From contig OZ220716.1 of NCBI GenBank assembly GCA_965116795.1, forward strand, positions 1,578,503 through 1,642,502: 64,000 nt of DNA. The letters are read 5' to 3'. The translations under genes and the position numbers were made by a program. The notes under the pieces are model-generated. The model was not told where the DNA came from and made no database searches. It saw only the letters and a list, made by a program, of their open reading frames with translations. Of this stretch, positions 1-9,951 are shown in pieces; within the stretch, counting starts at the first letter, position 1, and the number at the start of each line of letters is the position of its first letter. This stretch comes from Gammaproteobacteria bacterium (GTDB lineage: Bacteria > Pseudomonadota > Gammaproteobacteria > JAJFKG01).

Positions 1-177
1 TGGTTGGCCAGACAAGTTATTCAATCGTATACTTAACCTTACTATACTATGATTATTTTCTATTAAAGGCATAACTTCATCTCTAATACTACTTTCAGTT
101 AGTCTACAATTATCTAACGTAACATACCCATCGGTACATTCAGCTAAATAGCTAATAATATGTTTTGGTAATGGCAT
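1..177 (-). CDS. Partial (runs off window) leucine-rich-repeat-like protein, N-terminus
   Basis: Not in the ORF track; read by hand. ATG at 177 after AGGGGGGAA RBS, open to base 1: MPLPKHIISYLAECTDGYVTLDNCRLTESSIRDEVMPLIENNHSIVRLSIRLNNLSGQP. LxxNxSIxxLxIxxNxL fits the RI-like LRR pattern. Confidence 0.55.
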   Translation of the reverse strand, partial: MPLPKHIISYLAECTDGYVTLDNCRLTESSIRDEVMPLIENNHSIVRLSIRLNNLSGQP

Positions 178-449
178 AACTTCCCCCCTACGTAATTGGT
201 ATTTTTATAAAGTTTATTGTCACTTAACCCACTTGAATAGTGCCCTATCATCTCATGAGAGAGCATTTATAGCAAGTTCCTCAAAATAAATAGCATTTGC
301 TATTAGTACCAGTGTCATTACAAAATAGACAAAATAATTTTAATACATTGATTTATAGTATTTGTTGATTTATTTCTTACTATTTCTTTGTGTTAAGCAT
401 TAACTTAGACTAAGATAATGCGAGAAAAAATTATTAAGAGATATCTCTC

Positions 450-2537
450 ATGGGTGAACATAAAATTCCTCGAATTATTCATGTAATATGGGCTGGCGGT
501 GCTTCCCTTATGCCAAAAAGTAGCATTAAAAATGTCATATCATGGATGTTAAAAAACCCGAAGTTTAAAATTGTGTTATGGGTGGATGAAAAAACCTCTG
601 GTAAAAGTTTGGGAGAATTAGAACAAGAATATAATAAATTGTTTGAAAGTACTTATAGAGGACAAAAGAGTGGTTCTGTAGAAGAAAGCATCCCGGACTT
701 AAATTTTGAAGTGAGGAATATTCGCTCTGATGAACGAATTTGCCGACAAGATGATCCATTAATTGATTATGAAATTAATCGCCCTGATCCAAATTATGGC
801 GCTTCGAGTGATATGTTACGTTATAGAATACTTTATCATTATGGTGGGGTTTACGTAGATCATGATGTTGCACCGAAAAATTCATTAAATGATCACGTTA
901 TTGAATTTGAAGAGAATGATACACATGTACTTTACGTTGATCATTTAAGTCAATTTGCAGATGACAAAATAACCGAAGAACATCTTAAGAGTTTTGCAAA
1001 AGATTGGAGACGTATTGCTAATGATATATTTATTTGTACAGCAAATAATCCATTAATGCTTAAATTTATTGATGCAGTTGAAAATAGCAATTATCAATTG
1101 CGGGCAACAAATAATATAAAAGAAGCATGTAAATTAGCTTATCGTAGCCAAGAGGTTAAGTTCAATACAATTGAAAGAACCGGTCCTGATGTTATCCGTC
1201 GTACTATTCAAGATAATGACATTGGATCATTCAAAGTAAGTGAAAAAGTTCATGAAAAATGTGTAAGGTCAGTTAAACAGGGTCAGGGGATTGTCGATGT
1301 AGAAATCAAGCCAATTAAGTCACGTGAATATAGATTAGCACAGCCATGTATTTCTCTAAAATCAGGAACTGATTTTAAATCAGTTAATGCTGGAAATTGG
1401 TTAAATATCCCATTGGACTTCTTTTCTTATGGAAGTCAAGAAACAATCGTGAAATCTCTTTCTAATGTGGTTATATTCGAACAAGAACATTTTGGTATAT
1501 TAAGATTGGATGATCACTTAACAATTATTGAAAAATTAGCGAAAAAAGCACACCTTGATGAAGGTGGTTTGATTGAACTATTTATTTCAAATATTGGGAA
1601 AATAGTAGATGCAGAAAAATTAATGGTAGTGCAATGGACAGGGTTGTATAAACAAACATTTGCTTTTTATAAGGAAAGTCAATTAATTAGCAAAGTTCCT
1701 TTTTTAAAAGAAAGTAATCAAATAATTAACCCTGAGATTATTTTAAATTGGGCTTCATCAAAAGATTTTTTCTCAATTGGTATTTATAATGATTCGTTTA
1801 TGATGAAGACCAAGTGGTTTGAAATTTTTAAAGATAGTCATAAATCAGAAGAAATCAAGCGTGTTTTTGATCGTATCGTGGTCGGAGTATCAATTATTAA
1901 TTTGATGGTTGAACGAGATAATAGCCTTGCTAGCGAAGAATTAGATAACTTAGTTATTAAGTATCAAGATGTACTGCAAAAAGCAAAACAAGCATTTATA
2001 GATGAAGATATTTCTGAAGAGTCTATAGATCTTCTGTTGAAAAAAATAAATAACTTGCATGATAAATTAGAAAATTTTCAAGTGAACATTGTTCTTAGCC
2101 TTTTTGGTGCTGGGCTTAGTGAAGTGGGTGAAGAGCAATTAGAAGAAAAACAATTGAAAGAAGAAGAATCAACAAAAAAACGAAAACGTGCAAAAAACGA
2201 GGTCATTGGTAATGATGATGGAGTTGAATGTGTTGACAATAAACCTTTAAAAATAGGTCGAATGTGGTCACCTGAACAAGGTGATGGAGCAGATAGAGAA
2301 GTACAAAGAGCAAAGAAATTGTTACATGGCCTTGATATTGAATATGAGCAACGCGGTGTGCCAGATCAACAAAGTATGAGAATAAGCTACTATTATCTAG
2401 CAAGAGACGTGTCAGAAAAAGATAGGGAAGCAATGTTAAACGAGAGAGTTAAACAGGACTTGGAGAGTATATTTGGGGCAATTGAACAAGTAAAAGAAGA
2501 ATTAATAAAGAAAGATGCTGGCCCTAAAAATATTTAA
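450..2537 (+). CDS. DxD glycosyltransferase (TcdA/B / SetA-like GT-A fold) with C-terminal extension; putative secreted effector
   Basis: IPRIIHVIWAGG, ASSDMLRYRILYHYGGVYVDHD (DxD), NDIFIC..NNPLM, RTGP, late NW; acidic/basic tail with KKRKRAK. Confidence 0.8.
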   Translation: MGEHKIPRIIHVIWAGGASLMPKSSIKNVISWMLKNPKFKIVLWVDEKTSGKSLGELEQEYNKLFESTYRGQKSGSVEESIPDLNFEVRNIRSDERICRQDDPLIDYEINRPDPNYGASSDMLRYRILYHYGGVYVDHDVAPKNSLNDHVIEFEENDTHVLYVDHLSQFADDKITEEHLKSFAKDWRRIANDIFICTANNPLMLKFIDAVENSNYQLRATNNIKEACKLAYRSQEVKFNTIERTGPDVIRRTIQDNDIGSFKVSEKVHEKCVRSVKQGQGIVDVEIKPIKSREYRLAQPCISLKSGTDFKSVNAGNWLNIPLDFFSYGSQETIVKSLSNVVIFEQEHFGILRLDDHLTIIEKLAKKAHLDEGGLIELFISNIGKIVDAEKLMVVQWTGLYKQTFAFYKESQLISKVPFLKESNQIINPEIILNWASSKDFFSIGIYNDSFMMKTKWFEIFKDSHKSEEIKRVFDRIVVGVSIINLMVERDNSLASEELDNLVIKYQDVLQKAKQAFIDEDISEESIDLLLKKINNLHDKLENFQVNIVLSLFGAGLSEVGEEQLEEKQLKEEESTKKRKRAKNEVIGNDDGVECVDNKPLKIGRMWSPEQGDGADREVQRAKKLLHGLDIEYEQRGVPDQQSMRISYYYLARDVSEKDREAMLNERVKQDLESIFGAIEQVKEELIKKDAGPKNI

Positions 2538-2750
2538 TTAATACGTGATAACAAGAAGATACTAAAATAAAAATCTAATCAAAATAATATCAGTAACTTA
2601 TTACACAGTCTTTATGCCGTCAAACCAGACTCGTTGGGCGCGTTTCACGTGGATTTGACTGCGCTATGCTTGGTTTATGAGATGGTTATTAAGTATCTTT
2701 AATGAAAATTACTCCTTTTCGGGAATACAATTCCATGTTAAATTCACACA

Positions 2751-2771
2751 ATATTACGTTTTTCGTAATAT
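2751..2771. promoter_or_regulatory. Palindrome upstream of abiEi, candidate antitoxin operator
   Basis: ATATTACG-TTTTT-CGTAATAT, 36 nt before the ATG; AbiEi antitoxins autoregulate through promoter inverted repeats. Confidence 0.5.
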
Positions 2772-2807
2772 AATGAGAATATTACCCGGATTGTTAGGAT
2801 TTTACTG

Positions 2808-3614
2808 ATGGTTTCAAAAGCGGAGCACTATATCGATAGCTTGACGGCTGAGGGTAGATTTTCATTTACTATTGATGAATTTTGTCATGAACTTGAACTC
2901 AAGCTGAATGCAGGTCTTGCCGCATTGAATAGACTGAAGAAACAACAAAAAATCGCTTCGCCAAGTAAAGGATATTACTTAGTTCTCACACCAGAATTTC
3001 GCCAAAAGGGGTGTTTACCTGCTGACTTCTTTATTGATGATTTAATGCAGCATTTGCAACAGTCGCATTATTATGTTGCTTTGCTGAGTGCTGGACTATA
3101 TCACGGTGCTGCACATCAACAGCCTCAGTTTTTTCAAGTGATGCTGTCTGATAAGAGACATAATATTCAATGTGCAAATACAATGATTAAATTTATTCAA
3201 AATGTAAATTGTCATTTAACGCCAATACAGCAAATAAAAACGAGAACGGGCTATATGCGTGTTTCAACACCAGAAGCAACGGCTATGGATTTAGTAAAGT
3301 ATATTCGACAATGTGGTGGTATTAATCGTGTTGCTACGGTACTTGATGAATTAACGGAGAGTATGCAGCCAGTATTATTAAAAGAACTAGCTGAGCAATC
3401 TCAAGAGTATAGTTGGATCCATCGCCTTGGTTTTTTATGCGACAAGCTTAATAAGGCAGAGTTTGCCGAAATACTTTACGAAATTTGTTATGATAGTCAA
3501 GTTGATTTTATTCCTTTAGTTTCTGGCATACTGATGAAAGGAGCTAAGCGCGATAAAAAATGGCGTATTGCAATTAATGTAGCTATTGAGAGTGATTTAG
3601 ATGATACCACTTAA
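2808..3614 (+). CDS. abiEi: Type IV toxin-antitoxin AbiEi-family antitoxin
   Basis: GRFSFT, KGYYLVL, YYVALLSAGLYHGAAHQQPQFFQV, VSTPEATAMDLV; overlaps the downstream nucleotidyltransferase. Confidence 0.85.
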   Translation: MVSKAEHYIDSLTAEGRFSFTIDEFCHELELKLNAGLAALNRLKKQQKIASPSKGYYLVLTPEFRQKGCLPADFFIDDLMQHLQQSHYYVALLSAGLYHGAAHQQPQFFQVMLSDKRHNIQCANTMIKFIQNVNCHLTPIQQIKTRTGYMRVSTPEATAMDLVKYIRQCGGINRVATVLDELTESMQPVLLKELAEQSQEYSWIHRLGFLCDKLNKAEFAEILYEICYDSQVDFIPLVSGILMKGAKRDKKWRIAINVAIESDLDDTT

Positions 3615-4420
3615 TTTTATTACCCAATGGCAACAAATGACACCATGGAGTTTGCAATCACAAGTTGAACAAGACTTAGTGTTAAGTCGTGCGTTAATAT
3701 CGCTTTATCAACACCCAGAAATAAAAAAAGCATTAGCATTTCGTGGTGGCACTGCGTTGAATAAATTATATTGCCGTTCTCAAGCTCGGTATAGTGAAGA
3801 TATTGACTTAGTTCAAGTAAATAATAAACCGATTGGATCAGTGATGACAGCCATTCGTGAATCACTTGATCCATGGTTAGGCCAGGCCAGATGGAAGCAA
3901 ACACCACGATCAGTCAAGTTCATTTATCGTTTTCAAAGTGAAGATCAGCCTTCTGTGCCGCTTCGTTTGAAGATTGAAATTAACACCATTGAGTCTTTTT
4001 CAATGTTAGGATTTATAGGAAAATCTTATCAGGTTGATAACCGCTGGTTTTCAGGTGAAGCAATGATCAAAACATACGCATTAGAAGAGTTAATGGGTAC
4101 GAAATTTAGGGCATTGTATCAACGAGCCAAAGGTCGTGACTTATATGATTTATGGATGGCGATTACTGAATTAGGTGTCGATTGCGGAAAAGTTGTTGAT
4201 ATTTTCAAACATTATAACGAAAAAAAACAACATCAAAATCAGTCGTGCTGAATATGAAAAAAATATTTTCTTCAAAGAAAAATCAGTGGATTTTCTGGCA
4301 GATGCTAAACAGGTTTTACCTTTAGAGCGACAATGGGATCCACAATCAGCGTTTCATCTTGTTTCGCAGAAGTTAGTCAAACACCTGCCTGGTGAACCGT
4401 GGAAAAATCCTGAGCAATAA
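3601..4420 (+). pseudogene. abiEii: AbiEii/AbiGii nucleotidyltransferase toxin, frameshifted at an A8 tract
   Basis: QVEQDLVLSR, FRGGTALNK, RYSEDIDL, KFRALYQR.KGRDLYD. Removing one A from 4220-4227 joins ORF 3601-4251 to the C-terminal frame ending LPGEPWKNPEQ at 4420. Confidence 0.75.
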
Positions 4421-4491
4421 TGTTAAGCTAATGCAGTTAGATGTCGAAAATCGAAATCTAAACGTTGTGTCATGCTTCTAGAACTGAGTAA

Positions 4492-4902
4492 ATGATAAAA
4501 ATGCTAGATGATAAAATAAAACGGTTGAAACTATCACATATCAAGCGACATATTTTTTTATGCGCTGATCAAAGTAACCCTAAGTGTTGCAGTAAAGCAG
4601 ATGGGGTATGTGCATGGAACTATTTAAAAAAGCGTTTGCGAGAAGTCGATCCAGATGGTTTTATTTATCGATCAAAAGTAGATTGTTTGCGTGTTTGTGC
4701 AAAAGGTCCCATTGCCGTTGTTTATCCTGAAGGTATTTGGTATCACTCATGTCATCCACCAGTACTGGAGCAAATCATCCAAGAACATTTATTGCAAGGC
4801 AACATTGTTGAAGTGTATGTATTAACAAAGCGGCAATCGTCAAGTATCTTGCAACGGATCATGGATAAGCTTAGAGAACTTAAACCTAAAATCCGTAGTT
4901 GA
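4492..4902 (+). CDS. Thioredoxin-like (2Fe-2S) ferredoxin
   Basis: HIFLC...CC...[18 protein letters not shown]. Confidence 0.85.
   Translation: MIKMLDDKIKRLKLSHIKRHIFLCADQSNPKCCSKADGVCAWNYLKKRLREVDPDGFIYRSKVDCLRVCAKGPIAVVYPEGIWYHSCHPPVLEQIIQEHLLQGNIVEVYVLTKRQSSSILQRIMDKLRELKPKIRS
4883..4901 (+). repeat. AACCTAAA-family short repeat, solo copy
   Basis: AACCTAAAATCCGTAGTTG; relatives at 10837, 51523 and 61204. Confidence 0.7.
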
Positions 4903-4954
4903 TAACTACTCTAAGAAAGACAAGGTTAGCCCGTTAGTATTTATTATATCTGGG

Positions 4955-5428
4955 TTAAAATAACAATTCTCTAATTTTTGCAATAGAGTGATTAATGTTT
5001 TTCATAGAGGTTGGTACGATAAACACGGCATCATCTCCAGCAATAGTCCCTAATATATCGATGTCATTTTTATGGTAATCCAATATTCTTGCGATCAATT
5101 GCGCTGAGCCTGGGCTAGTGTTAACAATAATAGTAGTTTCATTGGCGATAATACCAATAATTAGGCTAGATACTTGATTGGAAATAGTGGGTGGTGCAGG
5201 TTCATGGGGTAGCCGATAAACAATGTGCCCTTGCTCGTTTTTAGTTTTCACCGCGTCAATTTTTCGCAGTAACCGTGATACTTTAGATTGATTGACTGCA
5301 TGGCCTAATGCCTCAAGCGCAGCACGAATATCTTCTTGGGTGGTGACTTCTCCCTCAACAAGTAATGTTCTTAAATCATCAGTTAATGTCGATGGTAATG
5401 TTTTGGGGGTTGATCGTTTAGTTGACAT
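4955..5428 (-). CDS. argR: Arginine repressor
   Basis: TQEDI, QSKVSRLL, TSPGSAQLIARILD, GTIAGDDAVF. Confidence 0.95.
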   Translation of the reverse strand: MSTKRSTPKTLPSTLTDDLRTLLVEGEVTTQEDIRAALEALGHAVNQSKVSRLLRKIDAVKTKNEQGHIVYRLPHEPAPPTISNQVSSLIIGIIANETTIIVNTSPGSAQLIARILDYHKNDIDILGTIAGDDAVFIVPTSMKNINHSIAKIRELLF

Positions 5429-5433
5429 GCCTA

Positions 5434-6648
5434 TTATTCCAAGGTTGAAATGTCACTGAAGACAGCTTCGATGATCTCAAGTGCATGATCAATTTGTTGT
5501 GTAGTAATCGTAAGCGGTGGTAGCAAGCGTATTGATTGGTTTCTAGTATTGATACTGAGTAAGCCTTTTTCAATAAGCTGTCTGCATACATGATCTGCCT
5601 CTACGACATTGGTATTTAATCCTATTGCAATTAATAAACCTTTACCACGTATCTCAGCAATGGCAGGTGAGTTTATTTGTCGCAATTTATCCATGAAATA
5701 ATGACCACAATGAACTGCATTGTCACACAGTTTTTCATCGATTAATACATTGATGGCTTCACAAGCAACTGCACTAGCTAATGGGTTACCAGCAAAGGTG
5801 GAGCCGTGTTCACCTGGACGAATCACGTCCATGAGATGTTTTTTGCCTAAGAACAGTGAAATTGGTAGCAAACCACCACCCAATGCTTTGCCAAGTAATA
5901 TGCCATCAGGATGTATGTCTTGATGCTGTGATGCTAAGAACTTTCCTGTTCGACCCATTCCTGTTTGGATTTCATCAAGAATAAATAATACGTTATTGTC
6001 ACGACAGATCTGTTCACATGTTTTTAAATAGTTAGCATCTGGGATAATGAACCCCGCTTCACCTTGGATCGGTTCAACAATGAATGCAGCAGTATTGGGT
6101 GTTATTGCATGTTGTAAGGCGCTGATATCATTAAATGGAATTGAAATAAATCCTGGCGTTAATGGACCAAAATTCGCTTTGTATTTATCGATGGACGACA
6201 TACTCACTGTGGTAATCGTTCTGCCGTGAAAGCTGTTATCACAGGTAATGATTTCGGCTTTATTGTTTGTAACGTGTTTGACTGTATAAACCCACTTTCT
6301 TGCTAATTTAATCGCTGTTTCAACTGCTTCAGCACCACTGTTCATTGGTATCGCTTGATCCATTGCGGATAATTCACATGTTGTTTGTAACAATTGTGCA
6401 AGTGGCTCGTTGTGAAATAATCGTGGCACGATTGCGATCTTATTTGCTTGTGTCACTAGAGCGTTGATCAATCTAGGATGACGATAACCAACGTTAACCA
6501 CTGAAATACCACTGACCATATCTATGTAAGGTTTTCCGAGGTGATCATAAACGTAGATCCCATCACCTTTGCTAATGACAACGGAATAAGGGGCAACGTG
6601 AGTTGCACTATAGCGGTCGGAAGTGTCTATGATATCAAGCATTTGCAT
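5434..6648 (-). CDS. Class III aminotransferase (ornithine/acetylornithine); RocD-like scaffold, probable ArgD role
   Basis: MNSGAEAVE, FHGRT, EPIQGEAG, DEIQTGMGRTG, GKALGGG (PLP Lys), HGSTFAGNP; inside the arg cluster. Confidence 0.85.
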   Translation of the reverse strand: MQMLDIIDTSDRYSATHVAPYSVVISKGDGIYVYDHLGKPYIDMVSGISVVNVGYRHPRLINALVTQANKIAIVPRLFHNEPLAQLLQTTCELSAMDQAIPMNSGAEAVETAIKLARKWVYTVKHVTNNKAEIITCDNSFHGRTITTVSMSSIDKYKANFGPLTPGFISIPFNDISALQHAITPNTAAFIVEPIQGEAGFIIPDANYLKTCEQICRDNNVLFILDEIQTGMGRTGKFLASQHQDIHPDGILLGKALGGGLLPISLFLGKKHLMDVIRPGEHGSTFAGNPLASAVACEAINVLIDEKLCDNAVHCGHYFMDKLRQINSPAIAEIRGKGLLIAIGLNTNVVEADHVCRQLIEKGLLSINTRNQSIRLLPPLTITTQQIDHALEIIEAVFSDISTLE

Positions 6649-6666
6649 ACTCCTTTACTAAATGAA

Positions 6667-6684
6667 TTTGCATAATTATGCATT
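6667..6684. promoter_or_regulatory. ARG box (ArgR operator) in the divergent promoter region
   Basis: TT-TGCATAATTATGCA-TT with a perfect palindromic core, matching the ARG-box consensus, between the aminotransferase and argC. Confidence 0.75.
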
Positions 6685-6797
6685 ATTATTCTAATAATGT
6701 AAATATTTAGTCATAATAATTGACAAAATAATCGGTGTACCGTATTGTGCACCATACGTTGCTGATTACCAGCAAGGGCTTAATGTGACTAACAACG

Positions 6798-7874
6798 ATG
6801 AAAAAACAGATTAACATTTGTATTGGCGGCGTGAAGGGGTATGTCGGAGCAGCTTTGCTGAAGCTGATTGGTCAGCATCCTTATCTTCACTTGTCTGCAA
6901 TCTTAGTGAAGGACTCTGCTTCACATCACGATATCGCAATGCCGTTAGCATCACTAAACGATGTTGCAATGTATACAATTGACGAATTGCTGCAGAACAA
7001 TGATGCAATCGATATATTGTTATTAGCAACGCCGCCGGAAGTGTCGATCGAGATTGTTAGTTTATTAAGAGACAGTCAGATCAAGATCATCGATCTAAGT
7101 GGTGCATTTCGTTTATCTCAAGATGAGTTATCTCAATGGTATGGGATCAGTCATGATATTCCTGAATTAATCCAGGGTGCTCCTTATGGGTTATCTCCTT
7201 GGGGATATAAAAATCTGTCACAACATACTGTCATCGCAAATCCCGGTTGTTACCCAACATGTACCTTGCTGTCATTGATCCCATTACTACAACATCAGGT
7301 TATTGAGAGTGACAACATTATCATTGATGCTAAATCAGGGGTCTCTGGTGCAGGTAAGAAAACGAATCCTGATTTAATGTTTTGTGAAATGTCTGAAAAT
7401 TTCCTCCCGTATAAAATTGGAAAACATCAACATATTCCGGAGATAAAAAAAGCATTACTGACATATACTGATAAAGAGTGTGATATTACCTTTATCACTA
7501 ATCTATTGCCTATCAAAAGAGGCATAGCGATGTCAATCTATGCTAATGCCAATCCTGATTTTAAGTCAGATAATGATATTACTGAGGCAATCACAAACGT
7601 CTATCAAGCAGCCTACCGTGATTATCCATTGATTAAATATGGTGAACTTAATACAGCTAACTCCACCAATGATACATTTTTGTTATCGATCAAAAATGTT
7701 GTTAAGACACCTAATATGCATATTGGTTTTTTTGTTGAAAATGGCAAAATTATGCTGTTTTCCACGATCGATAATTTATTAAAAGGAGCTGCCAGTCAAG
7801 CGGTTGAAAATATTAATGCACTTTACGATTTCCCTATTTATACAGGCTTAACGATTATGGAGGCATGCTTATGA
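6798..7874 (+). CDS. argC: N-acetyl-gamma-glutamyl-phosphate reductase
   Basis: IIDLSGAFRL, IANPGCYPT, DAKSGVSGAG, DNLLKGAASQAV. Confidence 0.95.
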   Translation: MKKQINICIGGVKGYVGAALLKLIGQHPYLHLSAILVKDSASHHDIAMPLASLNDVAMYTIDELLQNNDAIDILLLATPPEVSIEIVSLLRDSQIKIIDLSGAFRLSQDELSQWYGISHDIPELIQGAPYGLSPWGYKNLSQHTVIANPGCYPTCTLLSLIPLLQHQVIESDNIIIDAKSGVSGAGKKTNPDLMFCEMSENFLPYKIGKHQHIPEIKKALLTYTDKECDITFITNLLPIKRGIAMSIYANANPDFKSDNDITEAITNVYQAAYRDYPLIKYGELNTANSTNDTFLLSIKNVVKTPNMHIGFFVENGKIMLFSTIDNLLKGAASQAVENINALYDFPIYTGLTIMEACL

Positions 7875-9067
7875 CGCCAGGTGCTGGCATATTTAGAACA
7901 ACATTACCAACGGGTTTTACCGCAGGTGGGGTTAACTGTGGTGTAAGACGTTATCGCCCTGATCTTGGCATTATTATTTCTGAAGTGCCGTGTATCACAA
8001 CCGGGGTGTTTACCCAAAATGTATGTAAAGCAGCGCCTGTTAGCTATTGTCAACAACGGTTACCGGCAACGGATATCAAAGCGATTATTACGAATAGCGG
8101 ACAAGCTAATGCAGCTACCGGGGAACAAGGTGTATTAAATAATCAACTGATGGCAGACACAACTGCTGAAATGCTGTCGTGTTCATCAAGCCAAGTGTTA
8201 ACAGCATCAACCGGTGTGATTGGTGAACAACTGTCGATTAAAAAAATAGTTGATACGATTCCAACAATGATTAATAGTGTATCTAATATTGCTGAAAAAT
8301 TTGCATTATCTATTTTAACCACAGATTTAGTTCCCAAAACGGTACATAAAGAAGTAATGTTATCTACTGGCATTGTTAGTATTGTTGGGATTTGTAAAGG
8401 ATCAGGGATGATCCATCCCAATATGGCAACCATGCTTGGGTATTTGTTAACAGATACCCAATTGACAGTAGAGCAATCTAAGCAACTTGTTAAGACTGCT
8501 TCTGATAAGAGTTTTAACATGATCAGTGTTGATGGTGATACGTCTACTAATGACTGCGTGTTTTTAATGTCAAATGGCATGAGTGGCATCTCAATCAATA
8601 CCAAAGAAGATTTTCAAATTTTTAATACGGCACTTGATGAGGTATCGATTGCATTAGCCAAAAGTATTGCACGAGATGGCGAAGGTGCTTCTAGGTTAAT
8701 TGAAGTCACTGTCAAAGGGCTAGACAGTGAAATCTTGGCGAAAAAAATTGCACGGGATGTTATTACTAGTCCATTAGTGAAAACAGCCATCTATGAATCA
8801 GCAAACTGGGGAAGGATCTTAGCAAAAATAGGGAATCATGTACTTTCGCCAGATTCATTGAATAAATGTAATATTGCCATGCAACAAGTTACGTTATATT
8901 CGAATGGCAAACCAGTTTTTGATGTTGACAAATATCATTTAAGCAGACTGATGCAGAATGACACCATTGCTATTGCTATTGATTTTTTTTCAGGGGATCA
9001 CATGGCAATAGCATGGGGATGTGATTTGACTGAAAAGTACGTCAAAATTAATAAGGAGTATGCATAA
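7871..9067 (+). CDS. argJ: Ornithine acetyltransferase / N-acetylglutamate synthase
   Basis: NSGQANAATG, STGVIG, KGSGMIHPNMATML, DGDTSTND, DGEGA; ATGA overlap with argC and GGAGG RBS support start 7871. Confidence 0.95.
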   Translation: MTPGAGIFRTTLPTGFTAGGVNCGVRRYRPDLGIIISEVPCITTGVFTQNVCKAAPVSYCQQRLPATDIKAIITNSGQANAATGEQGVLNNQLMADTTAEMLSCSSSQVLTASTGVIGEQLSIKKIVDTIPTMINSVSNIAEKFALSILTTDLVPKTVHKEVMLSTGIVSIVGICKGSGMIHPNMATMLGYLLTDTQLTVEQSKQLVKTASDKSFNMISVDGDTSTNDCVFLMSNGMSGISINTKEDFQIFNTALDEVSIALAKSIARDGEGASRLIEVTVKGLDSEILAKKIARDVITSPLVKTAIYESANWGRILAKIGNHVLSPDSLNKCNIAMQQVTLYSNGKPVFDVDKYHLSRLMQNDTIAIAIDFFSGDHMAIAWGCDLTEKYVKINKEYA

Positions 9068-9951
9068 TGAATCAACTTGTTTGGCATATCACAAATACCA
9101 TTGCTTACTTAAATCAATTTCGTGGAAAGACATTCCTAATTAAACTTGGCGGTTCTATTTTAGATAATGATACATTAATTGAATCAATGTGTGCTGATCT
9201 GAAATTATTAAAACAAGCAGGTATTAATATCATTATTGTCCACGGTGGCAGTAAAGCAATTAATAGTGCTTTGACAATGCATAATATTGAGTCACAATTT
9301 ATTGATGGCTTGCGTGTTACGTCATTAGCAGCTATGAACATCATTGAAATGGTACTGTGTGGTCAAGTAAACACGTTATTGGTGAGAAAACTAAATCATA
9401 TTGGCATACAAGCTGTTGGCCTGGCCGGCAGTGATGGTAATATGTTGTTATGTGATTATTATAGTAAACAGCACGGTTATGTTGGCACAATTAGTTCAGT
9501 AGATTGTTCGCCAATCATGCAACTTATATCAAGGCAATCAACCACATCAGATATTATTCCAGTGATTGCACCTGTCGGTGTAGATAAACAAGGTAATCCA
9601 ATGAATATCAATGCCGATCATGCTGCTGCTGAGCTTGCAGTGGCATTACAAGTAGATAAATTAATTTATTTAACTGATCAAGATGGTATTTATGACCAAC
9701 ATGGAACATTGTTATCTGAGCTTTGTTATGCTGAGCTGAACAAGCTCATTGATAATAAAACAGTGTATGGCGGGATGCTTACTAAAGTAAGAGCAATCTT
9801 ATCTGTACTAGAAAATAATTCGAATGATATTCATATCTTAAATGGCAATACAAATCATGTGTTATTTGAAGAACTATTCACTGTCAATGGGGTGGGCACG
9901 CTGTGTAAGCAGACTACTAATACTCAGCAACCAAAAGAGGCAGTAGTATGA
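9067..9951 (+). CDS. argB: Acetylglutamate kinase
   Basis: IKLGGS, VHGG, GLRVT, NINAD, GGMLTKV. Confidence 0.95.
   Translation: MNQLVWHITNTIAYLNQFRGKTFLIKLGGSILDNDTLIESMCADLKLLKQAGINIIIVHGGSKAINSALTMHNIESQFIDGLRVTSLAAMNIIEMVLCGQVNTLLVRKLNHIGIQAVGLAGSDGNMLLCDYYSKQHGYVGTISSVDCSPIMQLISRQSTTSDIIPVIAPVGVDKQGNPMNINADHAAAELAVALQVDKLIYLTDQDGIYDQHGTLLSELCYAELNKLIDNKTVYGGMLTKVRAILSVLENNSNDIHILNGNTNHVLFEELFTVNGVGTLCKQTTNTQQPKEAVV

Noticed and set aside
2613-2677. GC-richer patch with a weak GTCAAA/TTTGAC inverted repeat, considered as an attC site
   Set aside because: Lacks paired RYYYAAC/GTTRRRY ends and no integrase is present; may be a decayed REP
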